Of a DNA stretch of 64,000 nt, positions 56,162 through 62,843 are shown in pieces (positions within the stretch are counted from its first letter, which is position 1; every line of letters starts with the position of its first letter). The stretch is from a virus. The translations under genes and the position numbers were made by a program. The stretch lies in IMG/VR virus record IMGVR_UViG_3300045988_034366; one strand, given 5' to 3'. The notes beneath the pieces were generated by a model. It had not been told where the DNA came from. It worked only from the letters and a program-made list of their open reading frames with translations, and made no database searches.

Positions 56162-56233
56162 TAGGGAAGTAAGGACTTGAACCTTATCCTTAGCCTTGAG
56201 AGAGCTATGACCTAACCTATAGTCTACATCCCC
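56162..56233 (-). tRNA. tRNA-Glu (CUC)
   Basis: Acceptor GGGGATG/CTTCCCT (one mismatch), anticodon arm TAGCT-CTCTCAA-GGCTA, T-arm TAAGG-TTCAAGT-CCTTA. Paralog of the neighbouring Glu gene. Confidence 0.75.
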
Positions 56234-56242
56234 ATTTCTTAG

Positions 56243-56314
56243 TACCCCCTGAGGGAATTGAACCCCCATTAAAGGCTTAGAAGACCCTTGCATTATCCAT
56301 TATACTAAGGGGGC
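56243..56314 (-). tRNA. tRNA-Arg (UCU)
   Basis: Acceptor GCCCCCT/AGGGGGT, loop CTTCTAA, T-arm GGGGG-TTCAATT-CCCTC. Confidence 0.8.
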
Positions 56315-56318
56315 ATTG

Positions 56319-56389
56319 TTGTTCTCATAGGACTCGAACCTATAAACTCAGCTCCAAAAACTGATGTGTTACCATTACACCAGAGAACA
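56319..56389 (-). tRNA. tRNA-Gln (UUG)
   Basis: Acceptor TGTTCTC/GAGAACA, D stem GTGT/ACAC, loop TTTTGGA, T-arm ATAGG-TTCGAGT-CCTAT. Confidence 0.85.
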
Positions 56390-56478
56390 ATAAAAAGAGT
56401 ACCATCTTAAAACAACTGGTTAAGATGATACTCAAACAAAGATGAATATTCACCTAAAACCACCTCTCAATTGCAGTG

Positions 56479-56486
56479 CAAAGGTA
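56479..56486 (-). promoter_or_regulatory. Bacteroidota-type -7 box (TACCTTTGCAC) positioned to drive the tRNA array
   Basis: TAnnTTTG match about 90 nt upstream of the first tRNA (Gln), downstream of gene 56600-57007. Confidence 0.5.
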
Positions 56487-56599
56487 AGCATAATTTTTGA
56501 AACTACCAAATATTTTCTAAAATATTTTCAAGCAAAGCACTGCATTTGTCTATAAGAGTAAAAGAAATTTGCTAGGTTTTAGGTTCTCTAAAGTAAATA

Positions 56600-57007
56600 C
56601 TAACTCTTCTCTGCTAATTTATTAGCCCAGAGTTCAGTATAAAACTTATAGTAATTCCAACTGAATCCCATCATACCACAAATGCTATACACTATAAGAT
56701 GTAATAAAGATGGGATGCCTATAACTACTAAATATAAAGGACCTAGAATCCTAGATTGTTTACTATGTCCATGACTATGCTTAACAGCTGTATCTGTGGA
56801 CATAGTATTCACAAAGATATAGCTACCTAAAGACATAGTTGGTAGCACATAATTATATATTATAGTATTACCTCCTACTATACCTTCTCTATATGCTGCC
56901 TCACATAATATACATAATATACCTTCTATACAAATAGCAAGTAGATTCTGTGGGAATTGCCATAACCACATCAATGAATCCTTAATATAACTACTAATCT
57001 TCTTCAT
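56600..57007 (-). CDS. Small multi-TM membrane protein with HSHGH loop (135 aa from ATG 57007)
   Basis: Hydrophobic spans are present. The listed start at 57052 is TTG; the first ATG gives MKKISSYIKD. Confidence 0.5.
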   Translation of the reverse strand: MKKISSYIKDSLMWLWQFPQNLLAICIEGILCILCEAAYREGIVGGNTIIYNYVLPTMSLGSYIFVNTMSTDTAVKHSHGHSKQSRILGPLYLVVIGIPSLLHLIVYSICGMMGFSWNYYKFYTELWANKLAEKS

Positions 57008-57293
57008 TATTAAATATAATTTATCCCTAGAGCTGGGTTTAACAGCCTTCAAGACAGCTATTTTAGCTTTCCTATCAATTACTTACTTCAGTAGACCCGG
57101 GCTTTTAATCCTCTAAAGTCTGATTCCCTGTGCCTTTTCTCAGTGTGATGTGCTCAGACAATCTACCTTATAAAGTAATCATTTGTGTAGTATTGGGGAC
57201 ACCTCTCTATTATTTATAGATACTACCCAACTTCTGCCCCATTACTTTTTATCCTCATGGGGGATAACCTAATCACACTTAGGTTCTACGGTG
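57008..57293 (-). promoter_or_regulatory. Long (~280 nt) GC-enriched, helix-rich untranslated leader or independent small RNA
   Basis: No ORF longer than 12 codons. Nested complementary segments on the minus strand: ATTACTT/AAGTAAT, GTAGA/TCTAC, GTCTGA/TCAGAC, AACCTAA/TTAGGTT, CCCCAT/ATGGGG. Confidence 0.3.
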
Positions 57294-57301
57294 CAAAGAT
57301 A
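57294..57301 (-). promoter_or_regulatory. Bacteroidota-type -7 box (TATCTTTGCAC) at the start of the long leader
   Basis: TAnnTTTG match, identical in extended form to five other boxes in the window. Confidence 0.5.
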
Positions 57302-57408
57302 AGAAAAAAAAATGACATGGCCAAATTTTAGTCATGCTATTTTATAACTAGGGGCAGCAAGATAGAGTACAACAACACAAAAGCTAGCCCATAATATAAA
57401 AAATGTTT

Positions 57409-58209
57409 TTACAATTTCGTCCTAGAAATTCTCACACTGATTAAGTGATTCTTTAATTCCTCATCACTTAACCTATTTAACCAGTTCACACTGTCAAAAG
57501 TGAATAGGGGGTTCTTCTTGAAGAGTACATGTAAGTATTTTACCTCTTTGTCACTAGTAGAACCCTCTGGAGGATTCTCTCCATTTCCACTAATACGCCA
57601 AATTCTTAAGGCACTATCCTGTAAGGGGTATTTAAATCTCATTGGCTTAACCCCTACTCCAAAAGGAGTTACACAGTACCCATTTCTAATCTGAATTAAC
57701 TGCCTTTCTCTATTTGAGTCCAGTACATTCTCCAGTTCATAGTAGCCATCTTTAGCTACTTCAGCAACTACACTAAGTATATTGTTAGAAATATAAGGAG
57801 TCAAGATGCAAGATTTATTATTATCTTCACCAAATGGGTCAACCCCAGCAAGAGTATTTTCTGAAAGGACCTCTATTGGTCTTCCATATCCATCTGCAAT
57901 GTGTATGTTGAATACTTTAGCACTTTTATATTGAAAGATACTTTTCTTGCCAAGAGTTAAACTAATACTTGCATTACCATTTTTCTCAGATATATGCAGT
58001 CTTGCCTTTACCACAGTATCAACTATCTCAGGTCTTTTCTCCTTCTCCTCTTCTAGACCTCCTATATTGACCAATTTTCCATCTATATTCTCTATAAGAG
58101 CTACTCTATTATCTTGTAACTCCTTGACCAATATCTCATCTTGGTTTGTAAGATTGGCATCTCCTTCAACCAATCTCTTCCCCTTTATGTTGAATATTCT
58201 CCTTTTCAT
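57409..58209 (-). CDS. Hypothetical protein, first gene of the leftward units (266 aa)
   Basis: ATG ORF. Its -7 box ends only 5 nt upstream of the ATG, so the mRNA would be nearly leaderless. Confidence 0.6.
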   Translation of the reverse strand: MKRRIFNIKGKRLVEGDANLTNQDEILVKELQDNRVALIENIDGKLVNIGGLEEEKEKRPEIVDTVVKARLHISEKNGNASISLTLGKKSIFQYKSAKVFNIHIADGYGRPIEVLSENTLAGVDPFGEDNNKSCILTPYISNNILSVVAEVAKDGYYELENVLDSNRERQLIQIRNGYCVTPFGVGVKPMRFKYPLQDSALRIWRISGNGENPPEGSTSDKEVKYLHVLFKKNPLFTFDSVNWLNRLSDEELKNHLISVRISRTKL

Positions 58210-58213
58210 GCTG

Positions 58214-58221
58214 CAAAGATA
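58214..58221 (-). promoter_or_regulatory. Bacteroidota-type -7 box (TATCTTTGCAG) abutting the ATG of 57409-58209
   Basis: TAnnTTTG match at 58214-58221; start codon at 58207-58209. Confidence 0.5.
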
Positions 58222-58340
58222 CTACTATAGTTTTAACTATGCAAGTACAAAAAAAAAATTACTTATACTATGGATAGTAAATTTCTAATTTTTTTTTTTG
58301 AAAAATTTTTGATATTTGTAGGAGTGGTTGATAATATACC

Positions 58341-58352
58341 CATCACTCCTCC
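58341..58352 (+). promoter_or_regulatory. CATCACTCCTCC motif copy 1 (candidate phage-specific early promoter/operator)
   Basis: Lies 66 nt upstream of the ATG at 58419. Can pair with the upstream GGAG..TGAT. Confidence 0.35.
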
Positions 58353-58418
58353 CCTGTTATTGAGAATGGGATATATCCCCCTGTCATCAACATTATTCAC
58401 CTAATAAATTCAACAACA

Positions 58419-58691
58419 ATGAAAAAGTTTGTAGAGACAACCCTGTCCTCAGTAATGGGTAAAGCTGAAATCAACGCTTTCCTATCAACTAAAGAAGGTC
58501 TAGAATACCTTCTTGCCATTGCAGACAACAGAGTACTGTTACCATGCCACGCAATTCCTGAAGAGCCTACTCCTATGAGTGTGAGAACTGCTGTTAGTTT
58601 AGCATATTCCCATGTTAAATACCTTAAAGAGTATGAAGATTGGCGCATTGCTTGCATGGAAGATGTACAAAATCAGATGCACTGTAGCTAA
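58419..58691 (+). CDS. Early-region hypothetical protein (90 aa)
   Basis: ATG ORF preceded by the motif and followed by a hairpin. Preferred over the antisense ORF 58397-58657. Confidence 0.55.
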   Translation: MKKFVETTLSSVMGKAEINAFLSTKEGLEYLLAIADNRVLLPCHAIPEEPTPMSVRTAVSLAYSHVKYLKEYEDWRIACMEDVQNQMHCS

Positions 58692-58702
58692 GTAAATAGG
58701 AT

Positions 58703-58733
58703 GATAAGGAGGAGCACATAACTTCTCCTTATC
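58703..58733 (+). terminator. Hairpin after gene 58419-58691 (no U-tract)
   Basis: 9-bp stem GATAAGGAG / CTCCTTATC with a 13-nt loop. Confidence 0.35.
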
Positions 58734-58752
58734 ACTTGATAAACATAATCAT

Positions 58753-58989
58753 ATGAAGAAAAACATTCTACTTTGCTTACTTGTTGCTATTGCATCATTT
58801 ACAGCAGGCTTTATGGTGTGCCAAAACACCACAGTTAAACAGCAGTCCAACCTCATAGAAGCTTATGATGCTTATAATAAGCACACTGAAGAGCTGTTAG
58901 ATACATTGAATAGTCAGTATAATTGGGTTGATGCTTTTGACCCTTATGACTATTATGAGTCTAGAGAGAAGTTGGATTCATTAATTTAA
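58753..58989 (+). CDS. Small protein with N-terminal signal/TM segment (78 aa)
   Basis: MKKNILLCLLVAIASFTAGFMVC is followed by a polar domain. Confidence 0.55.
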   Translation: MKKNILLCLLVAIASFTAGFMVCQNTTVKQQSNLIEAYDAYNKHTEELLDTLNSQYNWVDAFDPYDYYESREKLDSLI

Positions 58990-58992
58990 GCT

Positions 58993-59004
58993 CATCACTC
59001 CTCC
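58993..59004 (+). promoter_or_regulatory. CATCACTCCTCC motif copy 2
   Basis: Context GCTCATCACTCCTCCTT, 74 nt upstream of the ATG at 59079. Confidence 0.35.
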
Positions 59005-59078
59005 TTTACATTTGAATTAACTTTAACTTGGGTGTGCTTGATACCCTAAATAAGTCCTAAAGGCATAGGCATTATCTT

Positions 59079-59357
59079 ATGGAAAAGATTGAGAGAGGAA
59101 CTATTATAGAAATTAAAGTTCCTAACGTAGAAAAGCCTATTAAGGCTGTAGTACTTGATGTTATAGAAAATTACGCTAGTGACTATAGTGCTTGCTATGT
59201 GTATATTTTGTGTGCACAGAAGAGAATCTTTAGAGCTTTTAACTGGTGGCATTGGGTTGTTGATAAAGGAGAAAGCTATAAAGATTGGTCAGACTTTATT
59301 TATGATGGTATTATCGTAGAGTATTGTGAAATACCTGAAATCCCATCATATATTTAA
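59079..59357 (+). CDS. Early-region hypothetical protein (92 aa)
   Basis: ATG ORF between motif copy 2 and a strong terminator. Confidence 0.55.
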   Translation: MEKIERGTIIEIKVPNVEKPIKAVVLDVIENYASDYSACYVYILCAQKRIFRAFNWWHWVVDKGESYKDWSDFIYDGIIVEYCEIPEIPSYI

Positions 59358-59378
59358 GCTAAGGAAATAAATAGATTA

Positions 59379-59410
59379 GGGACGGGAATAATCCTGTCCC
59401 TTTTCTTTTT
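59379..59410 (+). terminator. Intrinsic terminator
   Basis: Stem GGGACGGGA-ataa-TCCTGTCCC followed by TTTTCTTTTT. Confidence 0.8.
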
Positions 59411-59476
59411 GAAGAGTCAGGTAGGAGCAATATCACAAAAAGGTAAAAGCAATAATAGGTATCAGCAATGTTTTAC

Positions 59477-59500
59477 CAGCACAGCTCATCACTCCTCCTT
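59477..59500 (+). promoter_or_regulatory. CATCACTCCTCC motif copy 3 (24-nt block CAGCACAGCTCATCACTCCTCCTT)
   Basis: Identical 24-mer to copy 4, exactly 100 bp upstream of it. Confidence 0.35.
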
Positions 59501-59576
59501 GGTGCTTGGGCTGGTGGGGAATGATAAGAGCTATAAGATATTATGTATCTAATAGATGATATTAGGTATATGATAT

Positions 59577-59600
59577 CAGCACAGCTCATCACTCCTCCTT
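59577..59600 (+). promoter_or_regulatory. CATCACTCCTCC motif copy 4 (24-nt block CAGCACAGCTCATCACTCCTCCTT)
   Basis: Lies 130 nt upstream of the ATG at 59730. Confidence 0.35.
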
Positions 59601-59729
59601 AGCTCCTGACACACTGCATTAGCAATGTGTTATAATTTATCATTTATCAATTAACAATTAGCAAATAACATTTGCTTTATTGCCTAAAGAATAAGGAACC
59701 CTTGGCAATAATATTATAGGGATAAGGCT

Positions 59730-60011
59730 ATGAATATCTTTTCAAGTCTTCGAGTTTATGCTGGTAAATGGATGTTGAAATCCTCAAGAGCTTTTACGCA
59801 GGAAGAGCAGGATGCAGTATCTTCTGCAACTGTAGTAGCCAGTCAGTATGGCAATAGTGTTTGCTTTATGATGAAGTCTGGAGGACAGACTTTTATCCCA
59901 CTTGACCAAAGCTCTAGTCTTGGAGTTGGGGAAAGTGTAGACCTCTCTAAGGCAGAGTTGATTACTCTTGAGAAAGATGGGGAGGCTGACATTAATAGAG
60001 TAAAGATTTAA
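59730..60011 (+). CDS. Early-region hypothetical protein (93 aa)
   Basis: ATG ORF followed by a terminator. Preferred over the antisense ORF 59784-60020. Confidence 0.55.
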   Translation: MNIFSSLRVYAGKWMLKSSRAFTQEEQDAVSSATVVASQYGNSVCFMMKSGGQTFIPLDQSSSLGVGESVDLSKAELITLEKDGEADINRVKI

Positions 60012-60025
60012 GTCTCTCATAGATA

Positions 60026-60067
60026 AACTACTATTGCCACATAGTGTGGTGATAGTAGTTTTTATTC
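60026..60067 (+). terminator. Intrinsic terminator
   Basis: Stem AACTACTATTGCCAC-ata-GTGGTGATAGTAGTT (2-nt internal mismatch) followed by TTTTATT. Confidence 0.75.
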
Positions 60068-60256
60068 TTTAGGTAATAGCAATAATTCACTCTATTTCAA
60101 TAGCTTATACTGTTATGTTAGACTATTTATTAGTGGCTGGCTTGATATCCCTCTTCATGCTTTTAGCAATATGGGAAGACCAACAAAACAAGTAAGAATC
60201 ATAGAAACATAGCTATTTATACTGATAACCAAAAGAGTATAACTATTATAACAACA

Positions 60257-60535
60257 ATGTTTTACTCAATAATTCCTGTATCAATAGATGTTAAAATAAA
60301 CATATTCCCTATGAACAAATTCAAACTCATATTAAAAGGAGTGTTGTTATGGACAACAGCCTTTGCAGTTACACTATTTATATCAGGGATAGATGGAATA
60401 CCATTCTCTTATATAATAGTATCTCTTATAGTTATTCCAATACTCTGCTATACCTGTTATAAGGTAATATCAGAAGATGAATTGGAAACACTAACACTTT
60501 GCAAATACTTCGGTATAAGCATTAAAGAAAAATAG
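60257..60535 (+). CDS. Small two-TM membrane protein (92 aa; alternative start MNKFKL)
   Basis: ATG ORF with two hydrophobic spans. Confidence 0.5.
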   Translation: MFYSIIPVSIDVKINIFPMNKFKLILKGVLLWTTAFAVTLFISGIDGIPFSYIIVSLIVIPILCYTCYKVISEDELETLTLCKYFGISIKEK

Positions 60536-60536
60536 T

Positions 60537-60725
60537 ATGACAACTGATAGACAAAAAGCTAGTGTTCACTTTTGTGAACAATGGCTTAACATTACCTTCA
60601 ATGGTGATATTGAAAATAGATACCAAGTCTCAATATTCTTAGGTGAATACCTACAGGAAGCTAAAGACTTATATAATGAGTTAAGATGTGAATATGAAGC
60701 ATACCTTTGGGATTTAGAAGATTAA
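60537..60725 (+). CDS. Early-region hypothetical protein (62 aa)
   Basis: ATG ORF, 1 nt after the previous stop. Confidence 0.5.
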   Translation: MTTDRQKASVHFCEQWLNITFNGDIENRYQVSIFLGEYLQEAKDLYNELRCEYEAYLWDLED

Positions 60726-60729
60726 AATA

Positions 60730-60960
60730 ATGAGAAAAAGATTCAACACTGAAAGAATTTGTAGTTCAGAGAACTATGAGTTCTCACAGAGATACCATAA
60801 AAGAATATTAACCACTAATCACAATAATAAAGAAGTAATTACTCTGTCATCTAAAGTAAAAATAACCAAGACATATTATACATATGTATTTGGCAAAAAA
60901 GTACAAATAAAGAAAACAGAGTTATCTCATTATGAAGGGTTTAATATTTATACTGAATAA
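60730..60960 (+). CDS. Early-region hypothetical basic protein (76 aa)
   Basis: ATG ORF, tightly packed. Confidence 0.5.
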   Translation: MRKRFNTERICSSENYEFSQRYHKRILTTNHNNKEVITLSSKVKITKTYYTYVFGKKVQIKKTELSHYEGFNIYTE

Positions 60961-60999
60961 TAATAAAATAACTAACAATCAGTATTTATACTGAATATA

Positions 61000-61071
61000 G
61001 CTCCTATAGTTCAATGGATAGAATAACTCTCTCCTAAAGAGTAGATACAGGTTCAATTCCTGTTGGGAGTA
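61000..61071 (+). tRNA. tRNA-Arg (CCU)
   Basis: Acceptor GCTCCTA/TGGGAGT, anticodon arm ACTCT-CTCCTAA-AGAGT, T-arm ACAGG-TTCAATT-CCTGT. Confidence 0.8.
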
Positions 61072-61198
61072 CAATAATAACAAGGTATTTACTCATATAA
61101 GGTAAATTGATTGTGTTTATTAGGTAATGTGTTAGAATTTTAATCGGTGACTTATTGTCACTACAGCATGATGGTCTGTGAAGATAGTCATGCTTAAT

Positions 61199-61270
61199 GT
61201 CTCCATAGTTCAAGGGATAGAACAATAGTCTTCTAAACTATATATCTGAGTTCGAGTCTCAGTGGAGATA
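61199..61270 (+). tRNA. tRNA-Arg (UCU), second copy
   Basis: Acceptor GTCTCCA/TGGAGAT, anticodon arm ATAGT-CTTCTAA-ACTAT, T-arm CTGAG-TTCGAGT-CTCAG. Confidence 0.8.
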
Positions 61271-61479
61271 CTATGAGTCCACTGTACTCCTTTCATAATG
61301 ACTATAAATAGTATAGAAAAGGATGCTAATAGGTAAGCTATTACCACTTAGTAAATGCAACAGCTTCAATGTGGGGATATAAAGAAGAAGCTACGTGACT
61401 TAAATACAAAATTCAATAGGAAAGCTGTATGACTTTGTTAGGACATTCTTTCAATATGAAATGAATCCATTTTTATTAA

Positions 61480-61553
61480 GGGCCTATAGCTCAAGTGGTT
61501 AGAGCAACACACTCATAATGTGAAGGTTTAGGGTTCAAATCCCTATTGGCCCA
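61480..61553 (+). tRNA. tRNA with CAU anticodon (Ile2-lysidine-like body)
   Basis: GGGCCTA-TA-GCTC-AAGTGGTTA-GAGC, anticodon arm ACACA-CTCATAA-TGTGA, T-arm TAGGG-TTCAAAT-CCCTA, A73. The D-arm resembles E. coli tRNA-Ile2. Confidence 0.8.
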
Positions 61554-61730
61554 CGCTGGTTTACAATATCTAATAAGTTTCCCGAAGCACATTAGAACAA
61601 CTCTACGGAGCTAATGTGAGTCTTCAAAATTAACTTGGTGAAATGATATATCCTAGAGGCTTCTCACTGATGCTAAAGTGATTTTAAAATATTTATTACT
61701 AACACAAATTAATAATTAAAATAAAAGTAT

Positions 61731-61970
61731 ATGACTGACAAGAGATTTAAAGAGGCAGAAGAGATAAATAGAAATATAAAGCAAATTAAGGATGAATTAA
61801 ATTTTTTAAAACGATGTGATTATTGTTGTATAAAATTATATGATGATATTAGCAATCACATACAGGCTAAGGAGCTTAATTCCATACCTGCATCTATCAT
61901 TTATAAATTTGCTTTTGAATATTTTACTAAAGAGTTGACTAGATTAGAAGAACAACTTAAATGTATATAA
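61731..61970 (+). CDS. Early-region hypothetical coiled-coil protein (79 aa)
   Basis: ATG ORF. Confidence 0.5.
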   Translation: MTDKRFKEAEEINRNIKQIKDELNFLKRCDYCCIKLYDDISNHIQAKELNSIPASIIYKFAFEYFTKELTRLEEQLKCI

Positions 61971-61985
61971 TAAACAAATAAGAAT

Positions 61986-62300
61986 ATGACAACAAAGAAA
62001 AGATGGACTGAGGAAGAAGATAAACTTTTAGTCCAAGCTATTACAGCTAATCCTACAAACATTAAAGAAGCTTTAATACAAGTAAGTAAGACTCTTGATA
62101 GAACATTTTATGCTTGTCATTTCAGATGGTATCGTGTACTATCTATTACACAAAATTCAACAAAGGCTAGCACTTTATTTATGACAGTAGGAAGTAAAAC
62201 TGTATATAAAAATAGAAAGAATAGCAGCAGTAATTCTACAACAAAACCAATTAAAAGTAATTTATGGAATACAATAAAGAAATTCTTAAAAATAAAATGA
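61986..62300 (+). CDS. Myb/SANT-like DNA-binding protein (104 aa)
   Basis: KKRWTEEEDKLLVQAI...ACHFRWYRVL fits the W-x19-W/F-x-W-type Myb repeat pattern. Confidence 0.55.
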   Translation: MTTKKRWTEEEDKLLVQAITANPTNIKEALIQVSKTLDRTFYACHFRWYRVLSITQNSTKASTLFMTVGSKTVYKNRKNSSSNSTTKPIKSNLWNTIKKFLKIK

Positions 62301-62327
62301 AACCACCTATTAAATATTAAAGACAAT

Positions 62328-62642
62328 ATGAAATTCGTTATTACAGATGCTAGTCAATATGCTTCTGGGAAGAAAGGACTTTCTCCTGAATATATTGATA
62401 AATTAAAAGATAAATATACATTAGAAACAATTAGAGCAAAAACTGTTTTTAATAATATAGAAGAATTAACTTTAGTAACCATTAATGATATATATTCATT
62501 AGCAAGATTAAAAGATTTAGTAGGGCCATTTATTATAGGTTTAGATTTATGTCTGCCAGAAGAAATTGAAAACAAAATGGATTCAACTATAGTTATTTAT
62601 GATAGTTATATAGAAAGGGAAGGATGTTCATGCTGTTGTTGA
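62328..62642 (+). CDS. Early-region hypothetical protein ending in CSCCC (104 aa)
   Basis: ATG ORF. Preferred over the antisense ORF 62354-62575. Confidence 0.5.
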   Translation: MKFVITDASQYASGKKGLSPEYIDKLKDKYTLETIRAKTVFNNIEELTLVTINDIYSLARLKDLVGPFIIGLDLCLPEEIENKMDSTIVIYDSYIEREGCSCCC

Positions 62643-62691
62643 AATTATTTCAACAATTGGACTTTTATTAGATGCCAAGGAATTGGTAGGT

Positions 62692-62829
62692 ATGATGGAG
62701 TGTTTCAAGGAAATCTTACTTAAAAAAGTAAGAAGAGAATTACTTAAGAGTGCTAAAAAAGGAGAGATTATTATACCAGATGCAATGTCCTTTGCTCTTA
62801 TGCTCAAAGAATTTATGGGGAAAGATTAA
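62692..62829 (+). CDS. Unlisted small ORF (45 aa, MMECFKEILLKK...)
   Basis: ATG ORF filling the gap between two listed genes; below the ORF-track length cutoff. Confidence 0.3.
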   Translation: MMECFKEILLKKVRRELLKSAKKGEIIIPDAMSFALMLKEFMGKD

Positions 62830-62843
62830 CTCTTTTATATACA

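Noticed and set aside
52973-56389. ORF-track entries overlapping the tRNA array: the upper part of 52793-53110, 54024-54209, 54891-55136, 54931-55158 and 55487-55690. The same applies to 61034-61225 in the plus-strand tRNA cluster.
   Set aside because: They are translations of tRNA genes, with tell-tale ...GSIPT/ VGSTPI... peptides from T-arms. They lack ATG starts or independent support.
52987-56389. CRISPR-like regular spacing of short conserved repeats.
   Set aside because: The recurring ~11-nt element (GGAATTGAACC / GACTCGAACC type) is the tRNA T-arm. Each unit folds as a tRNA. No cas genes and no direct repeat/spacer organisation are present.
44618-57052. ORF-track start positions 47098 (portal), 53713 (Dps-like) and 57052 (membrane protein).
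   Set aside because: These first codons are GTG/TTG and lie upstream of, or on top of, the predicted -7 promoter boxes. The first in-frame ATGs (47047, 53686, 57007) were used instead.
57053-57293. TPP (THI-box) or other known riboswitch in the long leader, because of a CUGAGA element and a GTCTGA/TCAGAC stem.
   Set aside because: The rest of the THI-box (ACCUGAUCUGGAUAAUGCCAGCG-like arm) is absent. I could not match c-di-GMP, fluoride, ZTP or guanidine consensus elements either. It is reported only as an unclassified structured leader.
58341-59600. Reading the repeated TCATCACTCCTCCTT motif as an anti-Shine-Dalgarno mimic (16S 3' end is GATCACCTCCTT).
   Set aside because: The match needs a 2-nt insertion, and Bacteroidota translation initiation is largely SD-independent. 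The positions, 66-240 nt upstream of the ATGs, fit a transcriptional element better. It is kept only as a curiosity.
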